A stretch of DNA of 56,902 nt from a virus. Its lineage: Duplodnaviria; Caudoviricetes. Below, piece by piece: positions 10,540 through 20,359 of the stretch. The translations under genes and the position numbers were made by a program. Each line of letters begins with the position of its first letter. Within the stretch, counting starts at the first letter, position 1. The notes below the pieces were generated by a model. It was not told the origin of the DNA. It made no database searches and was given only the letters and a program-made list of their open reading frames with translations. Where the stretch lies: IMG/VR virus record IMGVR_UViG_3300025099_000004, positions 1 through 56,902 of that record. The stretch is one strand, 5' to 3'.

Positions 10540-10698
10540 CTACTCCGCTATTGTTCTAATTGATTTAATTGTCATACCATCTACATCGTAGATAAATTCT
10601 TGTAATGCCTCTCGTACCTCGTCATTGATGAAGTTGTCAACAGGCATCTGATATTCTTCCTCATCTATGTCAAGAACTAGAAAGACTTTAACTATCAT
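10540..10698 (-). CDS. Small acidic hypothetical protein (52 aa, MIVKVFLVLDIDEEEY...), not in ORF track
   Basis: Hand-translated; fills the gap between DUF3310 and nrdJ; GAGGA RBS. Confidence 0.7.
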   Translation of the reverse strand: MIVKVFLVLDIDEEEYQMPVDNFINDEVREALQEFIYDVDGMTIKSIRTIAE

Positions 10699-10963
10699 CT
10701 TGATCCTCAATGAGTACGTTAAGATACCACTGAGCCTTTCTCAGATCCTCTACACCATTCTTGTACTTAAAACGCCATAGATACTTCATTACATTTCCTT
10801 GTAAGTAGAAAGAGAAACCTTCCTCACCTGTAGCTGCACGTATTGCATCAATACATTCTACACCTGCAAAGTTGTAATGGGCAGGAGAGTTTACCATGTC
10901 CTCTTCTTCTTCTAATGCACTATCTAATATACTTGCTGCCTCTGCAAACTTAGTTACATTCAT
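10688..10963 (-). CDS. DUF3310 / T7 gp1.7-like nucleotide kinase family protein
   Basis: DMVNSPAHY...ECIDAI...GNVMKYLWR...KNGVEDLRKAQWY. Confidence 0.88.
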   Translation of the reverse strand: MNVTKFAEAASILDSALEEEEDMVNSPAHYNFAGVECIDAIRAATGEEGFSFYLQGNVMKYLWRFKYKNGVEDLRKAQWYLNVLIEDQDDS

Positions 10964-10976
10964 TGCCTATTCTCCT

Positions 10977-11312
10977 TCAATTAAAGTTAACACTGATAAC
11001 ATTTTCTTTTACTTCTTTTACCTTTGATGTAGGTTTCTTAGTTTCTTCTTCTGCTTCGACACGTTCAGCTATACTAATTAATGTCTCACGTACACTCTTA
11101 TCTTCTTCTATCGCTGGCACTGCAGCGCATACCATCTTTGTAATCTGCATAAGATTGTAGTGATCGTCATCTGACATTTCATTCTCATCTGTAGTTACAG
11201 TACCTACAAGTAGTTCTCCTGTCCATGCACCATTCTTATCTAAGAAAGGAGTTAGTCGTACAACGTAATCATTTGGATCAAACTCAATAAATATTCTATC
11301 GTCTATTATCAT
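10977..11312 (-). CDS. Hypothetical protein
   Basis: ORF in the replication operon. Confidence 0.7.
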   Translation of the reverse strand: MIIDDRIFIEFDPNDYVVRLTPFLDKNGAWTGELLVGTVTTDENEMSDDDHYNLMQITKMVCAAVPAIEEDKSVRETLISIAERVEAEEETKKPTSKVKEVKENVISVNFN

Positions 11313-11313
11313 A

Positions 11314-11766
11314 CTATCTCCTTTTTACTTTCTTGTATGGACAGTGTATCATCTTAGGATGCATGTCCTTTCCTTTTTCTTTTAACCATTCTTCAGGAAT
11401 GATCCTGTCACAGAAAGGTATATCATGTTTCGTACACCATTGTCCATAGGTAGTTTTAGCACCCTTACTTAATTTTCTTCTACTGCTAGTAAATACAAAG
11501 CGTATGTCTAGCTTGGGATGCTGTACCTTAACAGCCAGATGTTTACGTCTATCGTCTGCAGTAAACAATCCTTTTGTTTCAATTATTATACCATTACCTA
11601 ATACAAAATCAGGAGTATAGGTGCGGTACATAAGATCTTCCCATTCAATTTTGACTTCCTCATACTTGAACTTCATCTTGTGTTCAACGAGATAGTCTTT
11701 GGTTCTAATCTCTAGTCCACTCCTATACCCATGTTTCATGGCGGCAGAGAACTGCTTGCCATTCAT
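11314..11766 (-). CDS. T7 gp3-like endonuclease I (Holliday junction resolvase)
   Basis: YRSGLE...YTPDF...IIETKG...DIRFVF. Confidence 0.92.
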   Translation of the reverse strand: MNGKQFSAAMKHGYRSGLEIRTKDYLVEHKMKFKYEEVKIEWEDLMYRTYTPDFVLGNGIIIETKGLFTADDRRKHLAVKVQHPKLDIRFVFTSSRRKLSKGAKTTYGQWCTKHDIPFCDRIIPEEWLKEKGKDMHPKMIHCPYKKVKRR

Positions 11767-11767
11767 G

Positions 11768-12556
11768 TTATGCTACGTCCTCTATTTTTAAAGTGGAGTG
11801 TTCACCCCAACCAGTATCAAATACACCTTTAGCATTTGCTTCCGCTATAGATTCAAGTGTTTCTTTTACTGTCTTTATTGATGCCTTTAGTAGCTCAGGA
11901 CTTACCTTGTGCAAGTGTGCAATGTAAGGTGTAGACTTTTCCACTGCAATGAAGCTAAAGTTCTTAGCCTTTAACCCTGCCATATTACAAGTATATATGT
12001 AGAACGCAGCCTGTATGTGGTACGCATACTTTTTTACCTGTGCCGCAAAGCCTGTAGGCGATGCATCTACTGTAGTCTTGATGTCAAATATCTCACCTGT
12101 CTCTGGAATGTACAGGTCAGGTCTGGTCTTTAAATTTAAACCAGTATCTTTATCCACTACAAAGATGCTACTCTCTGTAACTCTACGCTTATCTTTTAGT
12201 ATCTTACTACACGTAGTATTGTCTAGTGCAGACTGACACATCTTGTTATGTACATAGTATTCTACTTCTGTCAGAACAACTTCATCATCCTTTCTATTCT
12301 TATACAAGTCCTTAAACATCTTAGATGTCCTTGTCTTTGGACCTTTTATAACTAAGTCACGATCTGGTTCTAACAACGTAGCATGTACGGCAGAGCCAAG
12401 CGCAAATGCTGGGCTATCGCCTAATGGTTTCTGTGCCATGTAGTGCGCAAGCGATTGCTTGCACACCGTTTTAATGGCAGACGAGGAGTACCCTACACGT
12501 TTGTGATACTCCTCATTTGACATGTCATAGACAATGCCTGACAGCGGCATGTCCAT
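11768..12556 (-). CDS. PD-(D/E)xK exonuclease (exonuclease VIII/RecE-like, DUF3799)
   Basis: SNEEYH, SSSAIK, GSAVHA.LLEP, RPD, DIKTT and YHIQAAFY motifs. Confidence 0.85.
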   Translation of the reverse strand: MDMPLSGIVYDMSNEEYHKRVGYSSSAIKTVCKQSLAHYMAQKPLGDSPAFALGSAVHATLLEPDRDLVIKGPKTRTSKMFKDLYKNRKDDEVVLTEVEYYVHNKMCQSALDNTTCSKILKDKRRVTESSIFVVDKDTGLNLKTRPDLYIPETGEIFDIKTTVDASPTGFAAQVKKYAYHIQAAFYIYTCNMAGLKAKNFSFIAVEKSTPYIAHLHKVSPELLKASIKTVKETLESIAEANAKGVFDTGWGEHSTLKIEDVA

Positions 12557-13449
12557 TACACAAAGTCTTCTTCGTTAATGTCCACAAACTCTTCAACTGT
12601 GTTTGTGTCTACGTCCTCATTCTTATGCATGTTGTCATTCCATGCGTTAAGGATGTATGTATTGTAGTTCTCAATCCATGCCATGAAGTTAGCAAATACT
12701 TCTTGAGTACTATTGTCCATGTCAATTGTCGTACCTAAGTCCAGTTCTATCTCTGGTACATAGAAGCTGCTACCGTTTGGTAGTGGTACTTCTTTTGTCT
12801 TACATGACATGTTATGTTGAGGTGGAAGTCGTTGCATCTTAGACAACTTGTTGAACTGATCACCCATAGTCTTAAAGGCATCACGGTTATCAATCTCCCA
12901 GATAAACGGTGTAGCCTCTACGTCTACTGCATTACCATTCTCATCCGTTGGATTAACCAACTCAACGACACCAAACAATGCACGAACACGTTTGATAGAC
13001 TTGATTAGTTCCTTCATGGTATCAGGCAATGCCGCCCAATCCTTGATGAACCCTGCAGGTTTACCACAGTTGAAGCCACCTTCGTTGTCCTTCATGTCAC
13101 TGTTAAGATCATTAGCCATAACAGTCTTGAGAAAACGATTCGGTGTATGGTCATTACCCTTGATAAACTTCTTGTACATAAACCTCTGAAGGAATGGACG
13201 TATAGTCGCACCCTCTGCATAGTATGTAGGACCATCTGGTATCTCTAGTTTGTATGTACCCCCTGAGATAACCTCTACGTTCTTCATCTTACCCTTGACT
13301 TCTTGCTGGCCCATGAGTGGTGTGTGATGAATACGTAAACGTGCAAGTGTACTTGCCTTGCTTGTACTCTGTGGTGCTTCTGCGTTCATGCCCATTGCTT
13401 GAGCCATAGCTGCGAAGTTGTTTGTGTCTATTGTTGTAACTTGATTCAT
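12556..13449 (-). CDS. Putative single-stranded DNA-binding protein
   Basis: Position after the polymerase; acidic tail ending EEDFV. Confidence 0.55.
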   Translation of the reverse strand: MNQVTTIDTNNFAAMAQAMGMNAEAPQSTSKASTLARLRIHHTPLMGQQEVKGKMKNVEVISGGTYKLEIPDGPTYYAEGATIRPFLQRFMYKKFIKGNDHTPNRFLKTVMANDLNSDMKDNEGGFNCGKPAGFIKDWAALPDTMKELIKSIKRVRALFGVVELVNPTDENGNAVDVEATPFIWEIDNRDAFKTMGDQFNKLSKMQRLPPQHNMSCKTKEVPLPNGSSFYVPEIELDLGTTIDMDNSTQEVFANFMAWIENYNTYILNAWNDNMHKNEDVDTNTVEEFVDINEEDFV

Positions 13450-13486
13450 GTATAAAGTCTCCTTGTTTTTGATCAGGTGAGTGATA

Positions 13487-13515
13487 GTTATATCACGCTA
13501 CGTCTTTTGTGTCAA
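13487..13515 (-). promoter_or_regulatory. Sigma70-type promoter upstream of the SSB-like gene
   Basis: TTGACA-N17-TATAAC(TAT) on the minus strand. Confidence 0.7.
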
Positions 13516-15541
13516 GCCAGTTTGGACCTATTTTTGCCTCTAATAGTAGAGGGATGTTAAAGTCTATGTCCCACTTGCGATTGACGATTGCTATTAGTTT
13601 GTCATTTGCTGCTTCTATTACTCGTAATACTTTCCTTTCTTCTTCTGGGTGTACGTCAATTACTATTGAGTCATGCACCGTGTTGACTACGCAACTGCGT
13701 AACTTGTTTGCTGTTAGTAGCTTATCTATGTATATCAGAGATATGGGTACAATGTCAGCAGTTGCAAACGATTGAACAGGATAATTTTTAATCTGTGTGA
13801 AATATGTCACACCCCCGAACCTTCGCCTTGCTACATCAGGGAACGCAAACTCACGCCCCGATGGTGTAGTTATCTTACCAGTGTTCAATGCTTCACTGGC
13901 TAATGCCTTGTGCCAGTTAGCTACACCAGAATACTTTGTCGTAAACTGTTGGTAGTATGCCGCTTCTGCAGGACTACGGCCAAACCCTGACGCTCCATAC
14001 AAAGGGGCAAAGGTATGCGCCTTGGCATCTTGTCGTGACATAGGCTGACCTGCATCAGATATAACCTTTGCAGTATAACTATGCACATCAAATCCTGTGG
14101 TTACTTCATCAATGGCAGTCATGTCCTGTGATAGGAACGCAGCGACACGAAACTCAAGCTGTGCAAAGTCAGCTTCCATAATTTTGCCACCCTTCCATCG
14201 TGATACGAACACCTTTTTGACAGGAAACGTACCGCCACGTGGCATGTTCTGCATATTGGGGTCTGCGCCTGACAGACGCCCTGTTCCAGTACGATGTTGA
14301 AGTAATCTTACGTGCAGCATACCGTCAGGTTTTACATGCGTTGAGATGCCCTCTACGAAGCTGCTGAGGTATGTCTCAACGGCAGACAATCTACGTACAT
14401 TTTGTAGAAATACAACTGCATCTCTCATGCCCTTGGAACGTGCTACACCTTCAAGGAATACAAGGTTGTCTTTACCCGTACCAAAACCATTGGCACTAAT
14501 CCATTTAGAATTAGGCGGTGTAAACTTTAGTCCCGCAAGGCTAGTAGATATATTCCTATAAGTAAAGCCTGTAGAATTACATGTGCTGCATCTATTTGAT
14601 CTGGCATATCGTGTTCCATCCTTCTTTTGTTTCCATATCTGTCCAGTACCATTACACTCACGGCATTGATACGCTTTTTGTTTGTACAACTTCTCGCTGT
14701 ATTTACTTACGTTACGTCTGTACTCTGCATCAGGCATACGTTCATCAAACATATCTGCCCATATCTTTTTGTCATGTGGCTTACGACTGTAGATAACCCA
14801 TGACAATTGCTCTGGGCTGTTGAGGTTGATAGGTCTGTCACCCATAAGATCACTGGCCTGTTCCTCAAGTGCCATCGTCAAAGCATTACGTTCATGTTCA
14901 AACTCAGTACGCACTTGAGACAGTGCATCCATGTCAACCTTAAACCCACGCTGGTATATACGTGCAAGGTGTACGGCTAACTGGTTGGTCAACTGTATCG
15001 TTGGTACTAGTGAACTGCATCCCTCGTACGATGTCTGCAAAACATTATACAACTGCTGAGTAGCATGGAGATCGTGTGATAGATACTCTGATAGTTCAGC
15101 ATGAGGTATATCACGTGTGGAATATCCATCTTTAAAGTACTCCTTTAATGTGTCCTGTTTCTTTGTGTCTAACTCGTACCGTTCAGCACATGCCTCAAGG
15201 GATAGTGGCTGCTTCTGTCCACGCTGCAGTACGTACTCACCCAACAAGGTATCAAATACCTCACCGTCATACTCAAAGCCTGACTCCCATAGCCATAGCA
15301 AGTCATGCGGTGCGTTGTGTGCAATAAGTAGAGGGGCAGCATCCAATGCGTCTTGCACTATTTGCCGACCCTCTGTGGTAGGTTGTTGCTCTGCGTGATC
15401 GAAAGTTATAATGTTTTCGTTCCCAAGATCATCTAGCATCCCCACCATAACCAAGGTATTCTCTGGCTCAAACGGATCAAGATGTAACTTGCCATTGCGT
15501 TTGACCACTGTGTTCTCTACGTCTAGGGTTAGGTGTTTCAT
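13493..15541 (-). CDS. polA: Family A DNA polymerase with 3'-5' exonuclease and inserted DnaJ-type zinc finger
   Basis: LDVE exo I motif; RLSGADPNMQN; DFAQLEFR; AKAHTFAPLYG; NYPVQS; VHDS. CRECNGTG/CSTCNSTG insert at 14567-14665. Start moved to MKHLTLDVE, which has a GGGGAG RBS. Confidence 0.95.
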   Translation of the reverse strand: MKHLTLDVENTVVKRNGKLHLDPFEPENTLVMVGMLDDLGNENIITFDHAEQQPTTEGRQIVQDALDAAPLLIAHNAPHDLLWLWESGFEYDGEVFDTLLGEYVLQRGQKQPLSLEACAERYELDTKKQDTLKEYFKDGYSTRDIPHAELSEYLSHDLHATQQLYNVLQTSYEGCSSLVPTIQLTNQLAVHLARIYQRGFKVDMDALSQVRTEFEHERNALTMALEEQASDLMGDRPINLNSPEQLSWVIYSRKPHDKKIWADMFDERMPDAEYRRNVSKYSEKLYKQKAYQCRECNGTGQIWKQKKDGTRYARSNRCSTCNSTGFTYRNISTSLAGLKFTPPNSKWISANGFGTGKDNLVFLEGVARSKGMRDAVVFLQNVRRLSAVETYLSSFVEGISTHVKPDGMLHVRLLQHRTGTGRLSGADPNMQNMPRGGTFPVKKVFVSRWKGGKIMEADFAQLEFRVAAFLSQDMTAIDEVTTGFDVHSYTAKVISDAGQPMSRQDAKAHTFAPLYGASGFGRSPAEAAYYQQFTTKYSGVANWHKALASEALNTGKITTPSGREFAFPDVARRRFGGVTYFTQIKNYPVQSFATADIVPISLIYIDKLLTANKLRSCVVNTVHDSIVIDVHPEEERKVLRVIEAANDKLIAIVNRKWDIDFNIPLLLEAKIGPNWLDTKDVA

Positions 15542-15557
15542 GTTGGTATTACTCCCC

Positions 15558-15773
15558 TTAGTCGGTCCATCTGTCCCAATCATCTAGTATTGTGAAGTCG
15601 TTATCGTATATCTTGACACGATTGTCAACCCCTTCATTGTGTACTTCAAGACTTTCTGTGTTTAAGTTATCTCTAAATAGTTCCATTGCGATGATTGCCT
15701 CGTCAATTGTAAGGTTGTTATCTATCATTGCCCTGTGTAGTCTTATCTCTGCGCTTGATGTAGTGTGTGTCAT
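15558..15773 (-). CDS. Hypothetical protein
   Basis: ATGA-coupled ORF. Confidence 0.6.
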   Translation of the reverse strand: MTHTTSSAEIRLHRAMIDNNLTIDEAIIAMELFRDNLNTESLEVHNEGVDNRVKIYDNDFTILDDWDRWTD

Positions 15774-15985
15774 AGGTATCCCCTTCTCTGTATAGAACGT
15801 TTGCGTTCATCATCTGTCATTGGTTTAATGTACGGTACTACTACGCCAGTGTTCCACTTGTCTGCACGTTTCTGTGCTTCCTTTTTGTCGGTAAAGTATA
15901 TAGCAGGATCATTTGTTGTAAAGCAATCCTTACCTGTATCATATACAAACTCATACTCTTCTATCTCAAACATTACTGCCCACAT
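15770..15985 (-). CDS. Hypothetical protein
   Basis: ORF with GGAG RBS. Confidence 0.65.
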   Translation of the reverse strand: MWAVMFEIEEYEFVYDTGKDCFTTNDPAIYFTDKKEAQKRADKWNTGVVVPYIKPMTDDERKRSIQRRGYL

Positions 15986-15986
15986 A

Positions 15987-16694
15987 TTATTTCTCCAATC
16001 TTAATGCCAACCATGACACAGGAAACAATCCTTTCATGTTATTGCATATTCTATTTGCTACTAGTCTAGTTTCGTATTGTGTATCACCTGCACATCTAAG
16101 ATTGCACATGTCAGCAAAGGCGTCAAGGCTACCTGACCAGTACCATTCAGTCATGGTGCTTTGTGGCAGTACCATGCGTGCTTGCTCTGGTGCTACTCCA
16201 TTACGCACAAGAGTTTTATATGTCTCAAGTAACCATTCAGATATTTCTATAACATGACCATCCATGTTCCCAGAACCAAGTATGGCAGTATTGTACGGTG
16301 AGTCTTCTATAGTAGACAAGTCTATAACACCTTCGCTACCCTGCTTCTTGTCAATACTACGGCCTCTCCATTTATCAGGGTAGTAGTAAGTTGGTTTATC
16401 GTCTACATACCTACGGCTTATCTCATTCCAACGTAGGAACTTATGCTTCACTAACTGTCGAGCTACAAAGATAGGAGCCTTTACATGAAAGGATGCAAAG
16501 CAATGACCAAAGGGTGAGGTGTGTTTGTGTTCTGCTAAGTAGTGGATTAACTTACTATCCTTATCCTTCAAGATATACTGATCTGTTTCACTGTCATGGT
16601 CATGCCATGTAGATACTTTACCAAAGGATACACGTGCCGCATTAACTACAGACAGGTCACTACCCATGTGATCTATATATGTTACTTTAATCAT
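15987..16694 (-). CDS. thyX: Flavin-dependent thymidylate synthase
   Basis: VVNAARVS, H.SPF, ARQLVKH...WNEISRRY, EQARMVLP. Confidence 0.95.
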   Translation of the reverse strand: MIKVTYIDHMGSDLSVVNAARVSFGKVSTWHDHDSETDQYILKDKDSKLIHYLAEHKHTSPFGHCFASFHVKAPIFVARQLVKHKFLRWNEISRRYVDDKPTYYYPDKWRGRSIDKKQGSEGVIDLSTIEDSPYNTAILGSGNMDGHVIEISEWLLETYKTLVRNGVAPEQARMVLPQSTMTEWYWSGSLDAFADMCNLRCAGDTQYETRLVANRICNNMKGLFPVSWLALRLEK

Positions 16695-17241
16695 CTGTAA
16701 TCTCCTTTAGTATTTCTATTGCCTGTTCTTCTGTCAGTTTAAACCACTCACCATTGTCATGCTTGTTCCAAGGGTGTGCAGTTTTAAGTGCTGCCATTAT
16801 GTGTGCTTTCTTTTCTGCTACGTTACGATCATCAAAGTGTACTGAGTACACCAGCTTATAATCTCGCATAGGTGAACTTGTCTGGTATCCACTGAGCCTG
16901 TCCTCTGCGTCAAGTGCCTTACCTATCTTGACCCACTCAGGCCATGCGCTATTTACAATAGCATATACATATCCTTCTTTTATTATGTCATAGTTTTTTA
17001 AAGAACCAAACGCTAGATCACCAAAAGACTTATACGTTCCAGACTTATGAAGTGGATGTGACTTTGGTATGTACTTACCATTGACATACATCCTTTGTGG
17101 ATTTCTTTTTTGCTGAGTGGTTCTGTTGTTTTCACGATGACACGTAATACATCTGTACACATACATTTCCTTGTGATATTTACGCCAGTTTTCACCTACT
17201 GTTAATTCAGTGTCACAACTTATACAACTATGTGTTGTCAT
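16687..17241 (-). CDS. GIY-YIG-superfamily (T5orf172/MUG113-like) protein with N-terminal zinc finger
   Basis: CISC...CITC; GYVY...WVKIG...RL..YQT..P...E...H...GEWF. Confidence 0.75.
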   Translation of the reverse strand: MTTHSCISCDTELTVGENWRKYHKEMYVYRCITCHRENNRTTQQKRNPQRMYVNGKYIPKSHPLHKSGTYKSFGDLAFGSLKNYDIIKEGYVYAIVNSAWPEWVKIGKALDAEDRLSGYQTSSPMRDYKLVYSVHFDDRNVAEKKAHIMAALKTAHPWNKHDNGEWFKLTEEQAIEILKEITDD

Positions 17242-18467
17242 GCTACGTACCTCGCTATCTTGTACTCAAGATCTGTAAGAACAATACCATGCCAACCCGA
17301 CAGTTTGTTTTTAACAATGTTAATGTGTCGTTGTGTATCTTCTGACTCATGGTCAGTAGTTTCTACTGGTGGGTTCTTAGAAATCATAATCATCAAGTCA
17401 GCCTCTGCCGCCTTACCTGTACGACTACCTTCCATCATGGCTTGGTTCAATACAATCTTACCTTCTGCATCTGCAGATAGCTGTGACATGTAGAACATAG
17501 CACAGTTCTGTTGCTTAGCTATCTGTCTAGCTTGTATTGCATTAGCCTTCAGTGCCTCATCAGGTCTTGCAAACCCTGCAGTACGTGCAAACTTGTCACC
17601 CATGTCTAGTATAACTATATCAGGTTTGTATGACTTACATACGGACTCAACCCAGTTCATGTCACGACCTGTGGCATCCTTGAACATAATCTTATCACGT
17701 ATCTTATTGAACGTAGCCATAGCACTTGCCTTGTTTCTAACAATCTCATGCTTGTCCATACCTGTGGCGGCTGTAATGTATCGGTGTGCTACACGATGAT
17801 AGCCCTCTTCATTGCACAGTACAATTACTTTAGCACCCTGCCAAGCAAATCCTTTTGGTCCAGCTACAAGGCTGGCGTGAAAGGATGTCTTACCTGTGTT
17901 AGGTCTAGCACCTACCTCAATCAAGTGACCAGCATTAACGCCCTCAATCTTGCGTGTCAACGTAGGTATGTTGAATGTCCACTGTGACTCAAGGTCAGTC
18001 ATGGCAAGAATAGTATCAAGGTCTATGTCTTCCCACTCAACCTTTAGGTTAGGTGTAAAGTCATCTGAGTATTGCTCAAGCATCTGACGTAACGGATCAA
18101 GACTTGTTTTGCTACCATTGACATAATCAAATCCAAGGTTAGCAATGTCCTCACCTATCACCTGTTGAAATAGTTTCGACAATACATCTTGTGCTATGTC
18201 GCTGCCCATTACATCTTGCTTGTTTACCTGCCCAAACAGTGCGCTGTATGCTTGGCGTTGGGCGGTAGTGAGTGTGGCGTTCTCTGCCATGAACAGTGCC
18301 TCAATCTCTGCAGGTGTAACGGTACGTTCATACCGTGTCATAGCTGAGTCAATGGCCTGTTTTATCTTACGTACATCCTTACTGAACAAACGGTCAGGAC
18401 ATCTAGCCCCTTTGTGATCGTTATAAAAGTCCTTGTCCATAAGGCTACGGATAAGTGATAGTTCCAT
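17238..18467 (-). CDS. Replicative DnaB/T7 gp4-like helicase
   Basis: Walker A GARPNTGKT, IVILD, SQL, KNK motifs. Confidence 0.9.
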   Translation of the reverse strand: MELSLIRSLMDKDFYNDHKGARCPDRLFSKDVRKIKQAIDSAMTRYERTVTPAEIEALFMAENATLTTAQRQAYSALFGQVNKQDVMGSDIAQDVLSKLFQQVIGEDIANLGFDYVNGSKTSLDPLRQMLEQYSDDFTPNLKVEWEDIDLDTILAMTDLESQWTFNIPTLTRKIEGVNAGHLIEVGARPNTGKTSFHASLVAGPKGFAWQGAKVIVLCNEEGYHRVAHRYITAATGMDKHEIVRNKASAMATFNKIRDKIMFKDATGRDMNWVESVCKSYKPDIVILDMGDKFARTAGFARPDEALKANAIQARQIAKQQNCAMFYMSQLSADAEGKIVLNQAMMEGSRTGKAAEADLMIMISKNPPVETTDHESEDTQRHINIVKNKLSGWHGIVLTDLEYKIARYVA

Positions 18468-18470
18468 TTG

Positions 18471-19235
18471 TTAATCTCCTAGTGTTAAAAGGTTATGTAT
18501 GTCGGTAGGCTCTTGGTATTTTAGATCGTCAGTTAGTCGTAGCACTTTAACGTTGTCAACGTAGCCACGTAGTTCTTTGGCAAATTGCAGGGTCTTGGGT
18601 AGTGCGTCAGGATCTAGTGCAATTACTGCCGTTGAGAACTGCGATAAGTATTCCTTATGTGCATTTGATAGTGACGTACCCAACACTGCGACCCCGACAC
18701 ATCCATCACTATCACCTACAACTGCAGCACTTATGCAGTCCTCAACAACTACAGCAGTTTTACCACAGCCTGACACGTATGGCAAGTAACTTTTTCCATA
18801 ACGTTTCCACTTAGGTATTCTTTTACCCAAGGATCTGCCAGTGGCGTCCACTGTAACTCCACCATGTACAACAGGGAACACCACACGATGTTCCTTCACA
18901 TCATACAATAGCCCTAAGTGTTGTGCATCTAGCCGCCACTCCTCACAGAATGACTCAATCTTTTGATAGTCTCTTACAAACCAATCAGGTTTTGAGAAAG
19001 TTGAAACATGTGTCTCTTCTGCAACAGGTCCAATAGACTTACGTATATCGTCTGCAGTCAGTGATGTACGTGTACCACCTGACATTGAACAACTAGCTTT
19101 GTAACAATTCCATACGATAGAACCCATATTATTTGTGATAGTAAAAGTGTTCTTAGTATTACATGAAGGACAAGTCATACGTTTTGTCTCACCATTTACT
19201 AGTGATAGATCACTTATAATATTATTTATATTCAT
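18471..19235 (-). CDS. DNA primase (zinc finger + TOPRIM)
   Basis: CPSC...CYKASC; VVVED..SA; ALDPDA. Confidence 0.88.
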   Translation of the reverse strand: MNINNIISDLSLVNGETKRMTCPSCNTKNTFTITNNMGSIVWNCYKASCSMSGGTRTSLTADDIRKSIGPVAEETHVSTFSKPDWFVRDYQKIESFCEEWRLDAQHLGLLYDVKEHRVVFPVVHGGVTVDATGRSLGKRIPKWKRYGKSYLPYVSGCGKTAVVVEDCISAAVVGDSDGCVGVAVLGTSLSNAHKEYLSQFSTAVIALDPDALPKTLQFAKELRGYVDNVKVLRLTDDLKYQEPTDIHNLLTLGD

Positions 19236-19255
19236 ATGTTATATCACTTTCTATG

Positions 19256-20359
19256 TTACTCGTTACCACTCGATTGTACACGAACGTTTCTCTGTGTCAA
19301 GGCATTATTTGCAGCATAGTACGTATGTTTCATGTATGGTTTCACAGAAGACACATGATTGTGTCCTGTCACTGACATAAGTTGACCTATTGGTACACCC
19401 TTATCAATCATCTGTGTTACCCCTGTCCTACGTAAGTCCATAAGTCGTAGTTCCTCTGGCAGTTTAGCCAGCCTCATTACCCTACGTCCTACCTTTGACA
19501 GACGTTCCATTGCATACGGTTGGTACTCACCCATCACTGGCCTTGGATGAGGTGCTACGTAAGGTTGGAATCCAAACTGTTCCTTCTGATCAGACAACAT
19601 GTCAGTTAGTTCTTCTGATATAGGAAGCTCTATGGTAGCCCTACGTTTGCTTTGTTCTAATTTGAGTACCCTACCAGCCAAATCAAGGTTACCCCACTGT
19701 AACGTCCTCATATCGCCCAGACGCTGACACCACTCGTATGCCATCTGTACTATCAAGCCAATACTTCTGTACTCATAGTCGCTGTACGAATAATCAAGAA
19801 ACCTGACAACATCTTCATGTCTCCACACTATCTTACGTTGCGGTGTGCTATACCTTTCGATCTTAGACCAAGGGTTCTGATATGTATGCTCCATCTTAAT
19901 CGCATAGTTGTACACCCTGCTGGCACAGGTAGCTGCATGGTTAGCAAAGCTGATGCCACGCTTGACCCACTCCTCATACGTAGCCTTTGCCATCTTTGAT
20001 GTCACCAACTCGTACTTACGTGTGCCTAAACTTTGGTGGAGAACCGTAAGGAAATATCTGTAATCCACTTTAGTATTAGGACGTAACATATTGAAATCAT
20101 TAGATTGATAGTACAAGTTAATGAGATCAGTAACCCTGCTGCTTGACTTTATTTGTACAACCTTTGCCAACTCATCACGATACGCATCAATGGCATCGTT
20201 ATGTACCTTGACAATTTGTCGCACCTGTTTGAGATCAGAACCACATTCTTCTCGTACAACTACTTCCTCATCTACAAGAAACTGTGGTGGGTTGAAGCGG
20301 TAGGAGATGTCACCCTTAGATGACACCCTTTCCTGCACATATCTAGGTAACTTTGGCAT
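19256..20359 (-). CDS. int: Tyrosine recombinase / integrase
   Basis: QRLGD (R), DLRRT (R), GH and PY catalytic residues; N-terminal LPRYV arm-binding-like region. Confidence 0.88.
   Translation of the reverse strand: MPKLPRYVQERVSSKGDISYRFNPPQFLVDEEVVVREECGSDLKQVRQIVKVHNDAIDAYRDELAKVVQIKSSSRVTDLINLYYQSNDFNMLRPNTKVDYRYFLTVLHQSLGTRKYELVTSKMAKATYEEWVKRGISFANHAATCASRVYNYAIKMEHTYQNPWSKIERYSTPQRKIVWRHEDVVRFLDYSYSDYEYRSIGLIVQMAYEWCQRLGDMRTLQWGNLDLAGRVLKLEQSKRRATIELPISEELTDMLSDQKEQFGFQPYVAPHPRPVMGEYQPYAMERLSKVGRRVMRLAKLPEELRLMDLRRTGVTQMIDKGVPIGQLMSVTGHNHVSSVKPYMKHTYYAANNALTQRNVRVQSSGNE
19273..19300 (-). promoter_or_regulatory. Sigma70-type promoter for primase/helicase, inside the 3' end of int
   Basis: TTGACA-N16-TACAAT. 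Confidence 0.6.
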
